DNA of 61,396 bases, counting the filler. It is 7 parts of 7 records of this genome, joined end to end, with 100 filler letters (N's around TTAATTAATTAA, not from the genome) between each part and the next. Parts side by side here need not be neighbours in the genome. Positions count along the whole stretch, not along the records: positions 42,144 to 55,287 come from SRR31156797_18596; positions 55,388 to 61,396 come from SRR31156797_18614; 5 more parts are not named here. One strand, given 5' to 3'. A program made the position numbers and the translations under genes. Positions 44,634 through 55,652 of this stretch are shown one piece after another. Under the pieces are notes generated by a model. The model made no database searches, was not told the DNA's origin, and saw nothing but the letters and a program-made list of their open reading frames with translations. Numbering within the stretch: position 1 is the stretch's first letter; each line of letters opens with the position of its first letter.

Positions 44634-46181
44634 ATGATAAAAAAAAACACAGGCCGATATGGCTTGCCGATGTCGAGATTAGCAATTGTTCTTGTGCTAA
44701 TTGTTCTTTATTCAGCATGCACAAAACCTACGCAAAACAAGCAGAGTACCGACCTGGGAACTTATGAAAATCCGGTTTTAGGAGGGGATTACCCGGACCC
44801 TTCAATTTTAAGGGTAGGGAAGGACTACTATTTAACCCACTCCTCATTTGAGTATTATCCGGGATTACTGATTTGGCACTCAACTGATTTAATAAACTGG
44901 AAAAGGGTAGCTCATGCGTTAAAAACAAATGTGGGATCGGTTTGGGCACCCGATTTAATCAAACATGAAGATACCTATTATATTTATTTTCCGGCGGGAG
45001 GAACCAATTGGGTGGTTACTGCAAAGAGCCCTGAAGGTCCTTGGGCGGAACCAATAGATTTAAAGCTAAATGGTTTTATTGACCCCGGGCATGTTGTGGA
45101 TAAAGATGGAAATCGGTATTTATACCTGTCGAAAGGATACATGATAAAGCTTGCTGCTGATGGTTTGTCTACGGTTGGCGAACCCGTGTTTAATTATGGG
45201 GGCTGGGAGTTCCCAAAAGAGTGGAGTACCGAGTGTTATTGTCTCGAATCACCCAAATCTACTGTTCGGAATGGTTATCATCATATAATTGTAGCTGAAG
45301 GCGGTACAGCCGGGCCGGCAACTTCTCACATGGTTGTGGCTGCCCGTTCAAAATCTCCTTACGGACCATTTGAAAATTCGCCTTACAATCCGATTGTACA
45401 TACCAATAACCGCGCAGAACGCTGGTGGAGCCAGGGGCACGGAACACTTGTTGATGATGTTGATGGTAACTGGTGGATCATGTATCATGGTTATGAGAAG
45501 GGATTTCATACTTTAGGGCGGCAAATGTTAATGTTACCAATTGAATGGACTGAAGATGATTGGTTTCGGGTTCCGGAAGGAGTAACAAGCATGGATAAGA
45601 TTGGTTTGCCAGCCGGAAAAAAGGCGGATAACAATACAGGTTTGTCTGATAACTTTTCAGGAGATAAACTTGGGCTGCAGTGGCAGTTTTTAAAACAATA
45701 TGCACCCGAAAGGGTAAGTCTTCAGGAAGGAGAAATGGTACTAAGTGCCAATGGAAACTCGTTTAACGAGAGCTCGCCTTTGCTGGTAAATTCAAGTGAT
45801 CGAAAATATGAAGTAACCGTGAAGTTTACAATCGACGAAAGCGTAAAGGCTGGTTTATGTGTTTATTATAACGAAATTGGCAATGCGCGTATTGAAGTTG
45901 ATTCGGCTAATTTTACCGTTTATGTTCAGAAAAAAGCAAAAATTAGAAAAGAAAATACGGTAGGAAATACGGGTTATTTGCGCATATTAAATGATGAGAA
46001 TGAAGTAAGCTTTTATTTTAGTGGCGATGGTGAAAACTGGAATCGCGTTGAACGCACCATTGATGCTACCGGCTATAACCATAATGTTTTTGCTGAATTT
46101 TTAAGCTTAAGAGCCGGTATATATGTTTTTGGAGAAGACGGAGAAGTTCGTTTTGATGACTTTACTTATAACAAACTGTAA
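44634..46181 (+). CDS. GH43 beta-xylosidase/arabinofuranosidase with C-terminal beta-sandwich
   Basis: NPVLGGDYPDPSI, WHSTDLINW, WAPD, IDP, ESP, AEGGT, GHGTLV. Confidence 0.9.
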   Translation: MIKKNTGRYGLPMSRLAIVLVLIVLYSACTKPTQNKQSTDLGTYENPVLGGDYPDPSILRVGKDYYLTHSSFEYYPGLLIWHSTDLINWKRVAHALKTNVGSVWAPDLIKHEDTYYIYFPAGGTNWVVTAKSPEGPWAEPIDLKLNGFIDPGHVVDKDGNRYLYLSKGYMIKLAADGLSTVGEPVFNYGGWEFPKEWSTECYCLESPKSTVRNGYHHIIVAEGGTAGPATSHMVVAARSKSPYGPFENSPYNPIVHTNNRAERWWSQGHGTLVDDVDGNWWIMYHGYEKGFHTLGRQMLMLPIEWTEDDWFRVPEGVTSMDKIGLPAGKKADNNTGLSDNFSGDKLGLQWQFLKQYAPERVSLQEGEMVLSANGNSFNESSPLLVNSSDRKYEVTVKFTIDESVKAGLCVYYNEIGNARIEVDSANFTVYVQKKAKIRKENTVGNTGYLRILNDENEVSFYFSGDGENWNRVERTIDATGYNHNVFAEFLSLRAGIYVFGEDGEVRFDDFTYNKL

Positions 46182-46225
46182 TTACGAAAATAAAGATTGT
46201 ATTCAATATAAAAGAAAAGAAAGTT

Positions 46226-46582
46226 ATGGCTAGTGAAAGATTACTAAAAGGAAGTGCTGAATGGGAAGACCTTGGAGCAGGAGTATCTCGTCAGATTATG
46301 GGGTGGGATAACCAGATTATGATGGTAAAAGTAAAATTTGAAAAAGGTGCTGTTGGTTCACCACATACGCATTTTCATACCCAAACAACGTATTGCGCAA
46401 GCGGAAAATTTGAGTTTACCATTGATGGTGAAAAAATAATTCTCGAGGAAGGTGATGGTGCTTATATTGCCCCAAATCTTTTGCACGGTGCTGTGTGTTT
46501 AGAAGCCGGTGTATTGTTGGATGTATTTAGCCCCGTTCGTGAAGATTTTCTTGCCGGAGATGTTTCGTATTTTGGCAAATAG
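46226..46582 (+). CDS. kdgF: Cupin protein, KdgF-like (pectin degradation)
   Basis: GVSRQIMG..IMMVKVKFEKGAVG..HTHFHTQ..HGAVCLE..LDVFSPVREDF. Confidence 0.8.
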   Translation: MASERLLKGSAEWEDLGAGVSRQIMGWDNQIMMVKVKFEKGAVGSPHTHFHTQTTYCASGKFEFTIDGEKIILEEGDGAYIAPNLLHGAVCLEAGVLLDVFSPVREDFLAGDVSYFGK

Positions 46583-46611
46583 AACAAATGTATAACACAT
46601 CGTTTAGCAAC

Positions 46612-46645
46612 AAAAAACGGCCGTCTCAATCAAGATGGCCGTTTT
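46612..46645. terminator. Bidirectional intrinsic terminator
   Basis: AAAACGGCCGTCT-N6-AGATGGCCGTTTT between convergent cupin and GH51 genes. Confidence 0.8.
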
Positions 46646-46664
46646 AGTCTAATTATACTAAAAT

Positions 46665-48200
46665 CTATTTCAGCTGTACTAAAACAACCGATTTCGATGG
46701 TAGCTCAACGGTAAGTTTTCCATTTTTAGGTTTTGCTACTTCAAATTCTTTTATCGATACCTTTTCCTCTTTCCCAAAATCATTAAAGTCTGTCATGTTT
46801 TCCGAAGTAACAATTGTTGCTCCTGTAACTTTTAAATCAGCACCCAAAGTGCAATCTACTGTTATTGCTTTATTTGGATTTGCATTGGTTAAGGTAATAC
46901 TAACCAATCCACCTTTTTTAGAAGCCGATGCAGTTACTGCCGGAATTGATTTTCCGTCAAATTCGTATTTTTCGGTTTCAATTTCCATCGGAACAAGTGT
47001 GGCATCCTGATGAACATTGTACATTTTAAAAACATGGTAGGTAGGTGTTTTAATCATTTGAGCACCTTTTGTCATAATTACAGATTGTAACACGTTAACA
47101 ATCTGGGCAATGTTTGCCATGCTTATACGATCGGCATGCTTATTAAAAATATTCAGGTTAATACCGGCAACTAAAGCATCACGTAAAGTATTTTGTTGCT
47201 GAAGAAAACCATCTTTAGTACCCGGTAGCTTGTCGTACCATGTTCCCCATTCGTCAACAATCAGTTTCACTTTCCCTTCCGGATCATATTTGTCCATAAT
47301 TTTCAGGTGATCCTCGATATAATCCTCAATAAACATGGTGTTGTATATGGTTTTAAACCACATTTCTTCGTTAAAATCAACCGACGATCCTTTGTCACTC
47401 CAGTTACCTGTAGGTAAGGTATAGTAGTGTAACGATACACCCTGAGTTAAATGCGTTTTACCTTTTAACCCGGCCATAATTTTTTCGGTCCAGTTTGTAT
47501 CGTCTCCTGAGGGACCACAAATTACACGTTGCAAATCGTTGCCTTTTACAAAACAGGCATAGTTTCGATAAACATTTGCATAGTATTCAGGTGTCATTTC
47601 ACCACCACATCCCCAGTTTTCGTTTCCAATTCCCCAGAATTTTACATCCCAGGGATCTTCACGACCATTTTCTTTTCTTAATTCTGTCATTGGGCTTTCG
47701 TTACTCGAAGTTACGTATTCCACCCATTCGGCTGCCTCTTGCACAGTGCCCGAACCTACATTGATACTCAAATAGGGTTGGGTGCCGATCAACTCACAAA
47801 AATTTAAAAATTCGTGTGTCCCAAAACTATTATCTTCTGTTACACCACCCCAGTGCACATTTACAATGGAGGGACGATCTTCTTTCGGACCAATACCATC
47901 TTTCCAGTGGTAAGTGTCGGCAAAACATCCGCCAGGCCAACGCAATACAGGAACTTTTAGTTCTTTAAAGGCTTCAACCACATCGGTACGGTATCCATCG
48001 ACGTTCGGAATCTCAGATTCTTCACCAACATAAATACCTTCGTAAATACAAGTTCCAAGATGTTCGGAAAAATGACCATAAATCTCTTTGCTGATTTTAG
48101 ATTTGGCCTGATTGGTGTGTAAAGTGATAGTACTTTGACCGAAAGATGCAAAATATGCGACGCTGAATAACGAAGCAACGATTAGTTTTATTTTTAGCAT
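46665..48200 (-). CDS. GH51 alpha-L-arabinofuranosidase
   Basis: [51 protein letters not shown]. Confidence 0.93.
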   Translation of the reverse strand: MLKIKLIVASLFSVAYFASFGQSTITLHTNQAKSKISKEIYGHFSEHLGTCIYEGIYVGEESEIPNVDGYRTDVVEAFKELKVPVLRWPGGCFADTYHWKDGIGPKEDRPSIVNVHWGGVTEDNSFGTHEFLNFCELIGTQPYLSINVGSGTVQEAAEWVEYVTSSNESPMTELRKENGREDPWDVKFWGIGNENWGCGGEMTPEYYANVYRNYACFVKGNDLQRVICGPSGDDTNWTEKIMAGLKGKTHLTQGVSLHYYTLPTGNWSDKGSSVDFNEEMWFKTIYNTMFIEDYIEDHLKIMDKYDPEGKVKLIVDEWGTWYDKLPGTKDGFLQQQNTLRDALVAGINLNIFNKHADRISMANIAQIVNVLQSVIMTKGAQMIKTPTYHVFKMYNVHQDATLVPMEIETEKYEFDGKSIPAVTASASKKGGLVSITLTNANPNKAITVDCTLGADLKVTGATIVTSENMTDFNDFGKEEKVSIKEFEVAKPKNGKLTVELPSKSVVLVQLK

Positions 48201-48275
48201 GATTATATAGAAATTAAAAGTTATGTATACTCTTTATCAATTATTACGACGTTTAATTGTTGAATTAAGGCAATG

Positions 48276-48283
48276 CAAAGTTA
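48276..48283 (-). promoter_or_regulatory. Bacteroidota sigma-A -7 promoter element
   Basis: Minus strand TAACTTTG fits TAnnTTTG, about 75 bp upstream of GH51. Confidence 0.6.
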
Positions 48284-48460
48284 TAAAATGTAGATTTTAT
48301 ATTGTTTGTTGAGAGAAAAAAAAGTTTTGATCTTTAGTTAGTTCTTAATAATTATTGATATTATGATTGTAAGAATTAATATAAAAGTGAAATTTACTTT
48401 TATGTTTTCTCTATTGTCTAATTGACTTTTCTATCTTAGCATTACTAAACTAACAGCTAA

Positions 48461-48784
48461 GTGGAAGAACTAAATTTATGGAGAAGAATTAACGCAAGAG
48501 ACGTAATTGCTCTTCAAAAACTTCAGAGAAGGCATTTTCAAATTATAAATTCATTTGCTTTAAAGTCTGTCCAAGACAGGGTTTATGTGGAAAATCTGGT
48601 TTCACGTTGTTTTATAAAACTATCAGAAAACCTTGTAAATATCAAAATCATTGTCTTTGTAAGATCATATTTCTACCAGATGTGGAGAAATTGGATTATT
48701 GATAATAATTATCGCAATAAATACAGTAAAAGCTCAAAAGTGCAGTGTTGGCTGTGTTCAAATCGAATTGTTGAAATCACATAA
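48461..48784 (+). pseudogene. Decayed Bacteroidota ECF sigma factor (region 2 only)
   Basis: LWRRINARDVIALQKL..SFALKSVQD..VENLVSRCFIKLSEN..VRSYFYQMWRNWIID resembles ECF region 2 with key residues eroded; no region 4. Confidence 0.6.
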
Positions 48785-48829
48785 TTTTTATTTTTTCGGG
48801 TTGATTAAATAAACAAAAAAATTAATGAC

Positions 48830-49891
48830 ATGGTAAAGTATATTATATTTTCGATTTTATTGGTTTTTCTATATGCTTGTACACATCAGAATCCAATGAA
48901 AGTTCCCTCTGAAAAAGACATGAAAGCCTACCTCCTGGTGTATTTTAAAGACAGTGATCATAGTTTGCACATGGCGTTAAGCAACGATGGTTATGCTTTT
49001 ACCGATGTTAATAAGGGACTTCCTGTAATTTCGGGCGATACAATTGCAAGCCAAAAAGGAATTCGCGATCCACACATTATGCGTGGAGCCGATAATATGT
49101 TTTACATCGCTATGACCGATCTTCATATTTATGCCCAACAAGCCGGGTACAGAAAAACTGAATGGGAGCGTCCGCGTAAAGAATATGGTTGGGGAAATAA
49201 TAAAGGTTTTGTTTTGATGAAGTCTCCGGACCTTATAAATTGGACACATACAACGGTTGCCATCGACCAGTTTTTTGAAGGTTACGACAGTATTGGCTGT
49301 GCCTGGGCTCCTCAAACCATTTGGGATGAAAAAGTGGGGAAACCCATGATTTATTATTCAATGCGATTTAAAAATGGTAAAACTAGGTTGTACTACAACT
49401 ATACAAATGTTGAGTTTACCCAACCTGAAAGCAAACCCGAGTTGTTGTTTCAATATCCGGTTGATAGCTCGTATATTGATGCTGATATCACAAAAATCGG
49501 AGATAAATTTCATATGTTTTATGTGGCCCACGATGAAACACCAGGAATAAAACAAGCTGTTTCTGAACAAATTAATAAAGGTTACGAATACGATCCTTTA
49601 TGGTACGACTCCGAAAAAGTAAAATGTGAGGCACCTAATGTGTGGAAACGAATTGGGGAGGACAAGTGGGTGTTGATGTACGATATTTATGGTATCCAGC
49701 CGCACAACTTTGGTTTTCGGGAAACCACGAATTTTAACAATTTTACCGATCTGGGCCGGTTTAACGAAGGGCCAATGAAAGCGACTAATTTTACCATTCC
49801 CAAACACGGTGCGGTAATTCATCTTACCCAAAAGGAGGCAGAAAAGCTTAGTACACATTGGGGAATGGAAATGGAGTTTGACAAATTGTAA
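48830..49891 (+). CDS. GH43 family glycoside hydrolase lipoprotein
   Basis: Lipobox LYAC; YLLVYF, GIRDPHI, SPDLINW, AWAPQ, YIDAD, CEAP, PKHG. Confidence 0.85.
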   Translation: MVKYIIFSILLVFLYACTHQNPMKVPSEKDMKAYLLVYFKDSDHSLHMALSNDGYAFTDVNKGLPVISGDTIASQKGIRDPHIMRGADNMFYIAMTDLHIYAQQAGYRKTEWERPRKEYGWGNNKGFVLMKSPDLINWTHTTVAIDQFFEGYDSIGCAWAPQTIWDEKVGKPMIYYSMRFKNGKTRLYYNYTNVEFTQPESKPELLFQYPVDSSYIDADITKIGDKFHMFYVAHDETPGIKQAVSEQINKGYEYDPLWYDSEKVKCEAPNVWKRIGEDKWVLMYDIYGIQPHNFGFRETTNFNNFTDLGRFNEGPMKATNFTIPKHGAVIHLTQKEAEKLSTHWGMEMEFDKL

Positions 49892-49937
49892 TTCAGAAAT
49901 TAGTTAGAGAAAATATCATTCTATTATTAATATTATC

Positions 49938-51554
49938 ATGTATAAATCAACTTTACTTTTACTAATTGTTTTGGGCTTATTGTCGTGTGGGCAGCCCAAA
50001 AAAGAAAAAATGCAAACCGGACAATTCGAGCCAACATGGGAATCGTTAAAACAGTACGAAATACCCGAGTGGTTTAACGATGCCAAATTCGGAATATGGG
50101 CACACTGGGGGCCACAATGTCAGCCCGAGGCAGGAGACTGGTATGCAAGGCATATGTACAACCAGGAGCACTGGCAGTACAAACACCATGTTGCAAATTA
50201 TGGTCATCCTTCCGAGTTTGGTTTTAAAGATGTGATAAACGACTGGAAAGCAGAAAAGTGGGATCCTGAAAAACTGGTGGCGCTTTACAAACGCGCAGGT
50301 GCCAAATACTTTTTTGCCATGGGGAACCACCACGATAACCTTGATATGTGGAACAGCAAATACCAGGAATGGAACTCGGTAGATGTTGGGCCTAAAAAAG
50401 ACATTCTTGCCGGTTGGGCAAAGGCTGCCAAAAATAACGACTTACCTTTTGGTATTAGCATTCACTCGGCTCATGCCTGGCGCTGGTACGAAACATCTCA
50501 AATGTCGGATAAAGAAGGCGATAATGCAGGTATACCTTACGATGGGAAATTAACCAAAGCTGACGGAAAAGGAAAATGGTGGGAAGGTCTGGATCCGCAA
50601 AAACTGTATGTTCAGAACCATCTACTTAGTAAAGAGAGTGAAACATTGCATTCAATTCATGGTCAATGGGGATGGGAAAATGGAGCTGTTACACCTTCAG
50701 AAGAATATTGTTCAAATTTCTATAACCGGACGGTAGATATGATCAACCAATTCAATCCGGATTTGATTTATTTTGATGATACTGCCTTGCCCTTATGGCC
50801 AATAAGCAGTGTAGGATTAGACATTGCAGCCCATTATTACAATACAAACATGCAACACCACAATGGTAACTTGGAAGCCGTTCTGTTTGGAAAAATTCTT
50901 AGCGATGAACAAAAAGAATGTTTGGTTTGGGATGTTGAGCGTGGTGCACCGGATAAAATACAGGAGAAACCATGGCAGTCGTGCACCTGTATTGGTGGGT
51001 GGCATTACGACAGAGGCGTATATAACAGAGATGGTTATAAATCCGCAAAAACGGTAATTCAGATTTTGGTAGATATTGTGAGTAAAAATGGCAACCTGCT
51101 TCTTAACGTACCTGTACGCGGCGATGGATCAATTGATGAAAAAGAACTAAAAGTAGTTGAAGAGATTACGAAATGGATGGACGTGAACAGTGAGTGCATT
51201 TACGAAACCCGCCCGTGGAAAATCTATGGTGAAGGACCTAAAGCCGAGAGTGCCAATCCGATTAATGCACAGGGATTTAATGAGGGGAAAGGCGATCCGT
51301 ATTCTTCTAAAGATATTCGATTTACAAAAAAAGGTGATGTCGTTTATGCTGTTGTAATGGATTGGGCTGATAAGGATAAAGAATTAACCATCAAAGCATT
51401 GGCCGAAGGATCAGCATACACAAATAAAAATATTACCAATATCGAACTTTTAGGCTATGGCAAAATTGAATATCAGCGAAACAGTGACGGAGTTTTTATT
51501 ACTTTACCCGAAGATGTTGATAAAGGAATGCCGGTGGTATTGAAAGTGAGTTAA
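49938..51554 (+). CDS. GH29 alpha-L-fucosidase lipoprotein
   Basis: PTWESL..PEWFNDAKFGIWAHWG, HHDN, IYFD, DIVSKNGNLLLN, IYETRPW. Confidence 0.9.
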   Translation: MYKSTLLLLIVLGLLSCGQPKKEKMQTGQFEPTWESLKQYEIPEWFNDAKFGIWAHWGPQCQPEAGDWYARHMYNQEHWQYKHHVANYGHPSEFGFKDVINDWKAEKWDPEKLVALYKRAGAKYFFAMGNHHDNLDMWNSKYQEWNSVDVGPKKDILAGWAKAAKNNDLPFGISIHSAHAWRWYETSQMSDKEGDNAGIPYDGKLTKADGKGKWWEGLDPQKLYVQNHLLSKESETLHSIHGQWGWENGAVTPSEEYCSNFYNRTVDMINQFNPDLIYFDDTALPLWPISSVGLDIAAHYYNTNMQHHNGNLEAVLFGKILSDEQKECLVWDVERGAPDKIQEKPWQSCTCIGGWHYDRGVYNRDGYKSAKTVIQILVDIVSKNGNLLLNVPVRGDGSIDEKELKVVEEITKWMDVNSECIYETRPWKIYGEGPKAESANPINAQGFNEGKGDPYSSKDIRFTKKGDVVYAVVMDWADKDKELTIKALAEGSAYTNKNITNIELLGYGKIEYQRNSDGVFITLPEDVDKGMPVVLKVS

Positions 51555-51575
51555 AATACAATGATAACTATTTAA

Positions 51576-51607
51576 CCCTCCTGATTTACTTTACAGGGGG
51601 GATTTTT
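51576..51607 (+). terminator. Probable intrinsic terminator
   Basis: CCCTCCTG-N10-CAGGGGGG followed by ATTTTT after GH29. Confidence 0.55.
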
Positions 51608-51669
51608 CATAGTAATTTGTCCATAAAATAAGTAAAATTGTGTCTTCTTAAAAAAGTAAAGCCTAAAAT

Positions 51670-53994
51670 ATGAACGTAACGAGATATGGGAAAATATTGT
51701 TTTTAGCTTTTTGTTTAATGTGTTGTTTGTCATGTCGCAAAAATTCTCCTCAATCCAATTCATATTCTTTTTCTGAACTTGTAGAACCTACTGTTGATGC
51801 TGTAAACTCTCGCTGGTTTTTCTTCTCATCGGCCTGCCGGCCCTTTGGTATGGTAAGCCTAAGTCCTGATACAGAAACAAACGGAGCATGGGGGAGCGGA
51901 TATCGCTACAATACAGATACGGTCCGTGGTTTTAACCATGTGCACGCCTGGCAACTTTCGGGACCATCAGTAATGCCCGTAGTTAATGAGTCAGGCATAA
52001 ACATTTTTACCGATTTTGATTCCCCTTTTAGTCATAAATCCGAAATTATTACTCCCGGCTATCACAAACTTACACTTGAGCGATACAACATTGTAAGCGA
52101 GTTGACCTCAACCAAAAGAGTTGGTTTCCATCGATACACTTTTTTTGAAAATAAAGGCACAGCTGTACTTTTTAACCTGAATGGCAAGCAGGGGCCAAGT
52201 AAGATGAAAGATGGATTAATTCATCAAATTAACGATTACGAAATATCGGGAAAAGTCGTTAATCACCCAACCATCAGAAGACCTAAAGACTGTACCATAT
52301 TTTTTTCGGTACTATTCGACTCGCCAATTAAAGAAGTGTTGGAAGATAAAAACACCGGCAACTATCTGGTTTCTTTTGAAGAACTTAAAAGCAAGCAGCT
52401 AAAAATGAAATTAGCTATCTCTTATACTTCAATTGAAAATGCAAAATTGAACCTTGAATCGGAATTACCCAGCTGGGATTTTGATAATGTAATAAATAAT
52501 TCAAAAGAAGAATGGAATTCGATGCTTTCGCGGATTGAAATTAAAGGAGGAACTGAAGAGCAACAAAAAAGATTTTATACCGACCTGTGGCATGCTTTAC
52601 AGGGGCGAAGAACCATAAGTGATATAAATGGGGCTTATCCCGATAATACTGGAGAAGAGTTCAGGATCGGGCAATTGCCTGTTGATGAGAACAACAAATC
52701 CCTTTTCAATCATTATAATTCCGATGCGTTTTGGGGAGCCCAATGGACAATCAATACGCTTTGGGGATTGGTTTATCCTGAATTAATGGAAGAGTTTGTT
52801 TACTCGTTGATGCAATATTATAAAGACGGTGGTCTGATTCCTCGTGGGCCATCAGGCGGTAATTATACCTATGTGATGACTGGTGCTTCGGCTACCCCAT
52901 TTATTGTTAGTGCCATTCAGAAAGGAATTGTAAAAGATAATTTAGAGGAAATTTATCAGGCACTTAAAAAGAACCATTTACCGGGAGGTATAATGGAAAA
53001 GGCTGGCTACGAGCATAAAACAAACCTGGGAGGTGGATTTAAATATTATTTGGAACAAGGATATGTTCCTTATCCCATTCCTGAAGGAAAATTTGGATAC
53101 CATCAGGATGGCGCCAGTCTTACTATGGAGTACGCTTATCAGGACTGGACACTGGCACAACTTGCCGAAAAGTTAGGGCATAAGGAGGATGCAAAATATT
53201 TTGCTGAAAGAAGTAATAATTATGCGAATACTTTTGATGAGAAAAGCGGTTGGATGAGACCGAAAGATGCTGATGGCAAATGGAAGAGTGATTTTGATCC
53301 CTACCAGTTGGAGCATGGTTTTAATGAATCAAATGGAGCTCAATCGACCTGGTTTGTACCACATGATTTAGAAGGCCTGGCAAAACTTATGGGAGGCAAA
53401 AATAGAGCTGCAGAAAAGTTAAACCAGTCGTTTGAAAAGGCACAGGAAATGGGATTTACAGCAGGTACCTCGCACGACCGGGAGTTACATCCTGAGTTTA
53501 GTCGAATTCCCATAAATTATGGTAACCAACCTTCCATTCAAACCGCATATATTTTTAATTATTTCGATAGACCATGGCTAACACAACTTTGGTCGCGAAA
53601 AGTAACAGAATCTGTTTACAAGGGTTTAAGTACCGATAGAGGATACAATGGCGATGAGGATCAGGGCTTGATGGGATCCCTGGCCATTTTAATGAAAATG
53701 GGATTGTTTTCAATGAAAGGGGGGTGTAGTATAAATCCGGTATTGGAACTCGGTAGTCCGCTTTTCGATCAAGTAACAATTCATTTAAATCCGGAATATT
53801 ACAAAGGGAAATCAATAATTATTAAGGCAGAAGGGAATTCATCAGAGAACCGTTATATTCAATCAGCAACGTTAAATGGCAATTCATTAAATAGCTGGAA
53901 GATAGAACAAAGTGAGTTAACTCAGGGAGCAGAATTAAAATTATCAATGGGGAGAAATCCAAATAAGAAATGGGGTAATAATGAGAGCAAATAA
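51670..53994 (+). CDS. GH92 glycoside hydrolase (alpha-mannosidase family)
   Basis: PFGMVSLSPDT, SGYRY, RVGFHRYTF, FYTDLWH, TMEYAYQDW, NESN, YGNQP, GDEDQG. Confidence 0.9.
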   Translation: MNVTRYGKILFLAFCLMCCLSCRKNSPQSNSYSFSELVEPTVDAVNSRWFFFSSACRPFGMVSLSPDTETNGAWGSGYRYNTDTVRGFNHVHAWQLSGPSVMPVVNESGINIFTDFDSPFSHKSEIITPGYHKLTLERYNIVSELTSTKRVGFHRYTFFENKGTAVLFNLNGKQGPSKMKDGLIHQINDYEISGKVVNHPTIRRPKDCTIFFSVLFDSPIKEVLEDKNTGNYLVSFEELKSKQLKMKLAISYTSIENAKLNLESELPSWDFDNVINNSKEEWNSMLSRIEIKGGTEEQQKRFYTDLWHALQGRRTISDINGAYPDNTGEEFRIGQLPVDENNKSLFNHYNSDAFWGAQWTINTLWGLVYPELMEEFVYSLMQYYKDGGLIPRGPSGGNYTYVMTGASATPFIVSAIQKGIVKDNLEEIYQALKKNHLPGGIMEKAGYEHKTNLGGGFKYYLEQGYVPYPIPEGKFGYHQDGASLTMEYAYQDWTLAQLAEKLGHKEDAKYFAERSNNYANTFDEKSGWMRPKDADGKWKSDFDPYQLEHGFNESNGAQSTWFVPHDLEGLAKLMGGKNRAAEKLNQSFEKAQEMGFTAGTSHDRELHPEFSRIPINYGNQPSIQTAYIFNYFDRPWLTQLWSRKVTESVYKGLSTDRGYNGDEDQGLMGSLAILMKMGLFSMKGGCSINPVLELGSPLFDQVTIHLNPEYYKGKSIIIKAEGNSSENRYIQSATLNGNSLNSWKIEQSELTQGAELKLSMGRNPNKKWGNNESK

Positions 53995-53995
53995 G

Positions 53996-54250
53996 GTGCC
54001 AGAAGATCTTTTAGCCGTCAGGTATCTGTTTGTTCTGGCCAATTCTGATTGTGGTCATTCTGATGGATTTCAGTACGACATTGTTGATGTTAGCTAACAG
54101 GTGCTGGCAAACTATGCTTTGCCGGTTCAACAACAAATGGCAATGGATTACCAATCAAAAGGATTTTCCTGTTGAATCGAGGCTGCATTCAATCAAAATT
54201 GATGCTGAACTTTATCTATGATACCGAAAACGGATTGAGCCTTTAACTAA
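53996..54250 (+). pseudogene. Relic of a GH89 alpha-N-acetylglucosaminidase
   Basis: Hand translation: PEDLLAVRYLFV..SDGFQYDIVDVS*QVLANYALPVQQQM (TAA at 54095-97 inside the YDLVDVxRQVLAN motif). A second frame gives QKDFPVES..SIKIDAELYL*YRKRI, which resembles the extreme C-terminus. Confidence 0.65.
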
Positions 54251-54282
54251 AACTTTACCCGTAATTGATTACAACTACTAAT

Positions 54283-55287
54283 ATGGAAGAACGAATCAGA
54301 AAAAAGCCGGAACGCTTTCTTTCGCTTGATGTTTTTAGAGGATTGACAATCGTGTTGATGATTGTTGTGAATACCCCTGGAACCGGAGCTAAGATTTACG
54401 ATTATTTGATACATGCACAATGGTTTGGATTTACCCTGGCCGACCTGGTTTTTCCATCCTTTCTTTTTGCTGTTGGTAATTCCCTGAGCTTTTCAATGAG
54501 GAAATTAAGACAAGCACCAGCAGCCGATGTTTGGAAAAAAATAGTAAAACGAACCATAATCATCTTTTTATTGGGTTACCTTATGTATTGGTTTCCGTTT
54601 TTTAAAATTGTTGATGGTTCGTTACTACTAAAACCGATTGCAGAGACCAGAATCATGGGGGTATTGCAACGTATTGCGCTTTGCTACTTCTTTGCATCCA
54701 TTATACTTTACTACCTCAATGAAAAGGCAGCGATCATTATTTCAGCAGCATTATTGTTGGGTTACTGGGGAGTTTTATATGTTTTTGGCGAGCCTGGTGC
54801 CTGGCTGGAAATGGCCACCAATGCAGCGTCAAAGTTTGATTTGGCGGTATTGGGATACGGCCACATTTATAAAAAAGATGCGATACCATTCGATCCTGAG
54901 GGTTTGTTGAGTACACTCCCGGCTATCGTTAATGTAATTGGTGGTTACCTTGCAGGTACCTTTATTCAGAAAAAAGGGAAGTCTTTTGAGGGTATATCAA
55001 AGTTGTTAATTGCCGGTTTCGTTTTGGTTTCATTGGCATTATGGTGGGATTTAATTTTCCCCATTTCAAAGAAACTCTGGACAAGCCCTTTTGTGCTTTA
55101 CACCGTTGGTTTGGATCTTTCAATAATGGCCATTCTTATTTATATTATTGAATTAAAAAAGATAAACTATGGTGTTAAGTTTTTCGATGTTTTCGGAAAG
55201 AATCCTTTGTTTATCTATCTCTTTTCTGAGCTCTTTTTTATAAGCCTTCGTTTAATTCCTGTGGGGGGTGGACTTGATGCCTGGGAA
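54283..55287 (+). CDS. Heparan-alpha-glucosaminide N-acetyltransferase-like (HGSNAT/NagX) membrane protein, 3'-truncated
   Basis: RFLSLDVFRGLTI..MIVVN, HAQWFGFTLADLVFPSFLF, GVLQRIAL, FDPEGLLS, PISKKLWT. Confidence 0.88.
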
Positions 55288-55387
55288 NNNNNNNNNNNNN
55301 NNNNNNNNNNNNNNNNNNNNNNNNNNNNNNNTTAATTAATTAANNNNNNNNNNNNNNNNNNNNNNNNNNNNNNNNNNNNNNNNNNNN
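55288..55387. other. Artificial contig linker
   Basis: 44 N + TTAATTAATTAA + 44 N. Confidence 0.97.
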
Positions 55388-55641
55388 TGCGCAAACTGGG
55401 TTTTCAGGCATTGCTTCCCGACGAACTTCATTCGCCAATTATTACAACCTTTATTTCCCCGGACCATCCTGAATATAACTTTAACCGGTTTTACAAGGAA
55501 TTAAAATCTCGGGAATTTGTAATATATCCGGGAAAAGTGACCAACTACCAATGCTTCCGGATTGGCAATATTGGCGAGGTTTACCCCGAAGATATAGAAA
55601 AGCTGCTTAAAGCTATCGATGAATCAAAGTATTGGCTTTAA
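55388..55641 (+). CDS. phnW: 2-aminoethylphosphonate--pyruvate transaminase, C-terminal part
   Basis: [39 protein letters not shown], characteristic of the PhnW C-terminus. Confidence 0.88.
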
Positions 55642-55652
55642 ATTTTAAAAAC

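Noticed and set aside
54030-54221. 63-aa ORF as a standalone small protein
   Set aside because: Better explained as one frame of the GH89 relic.
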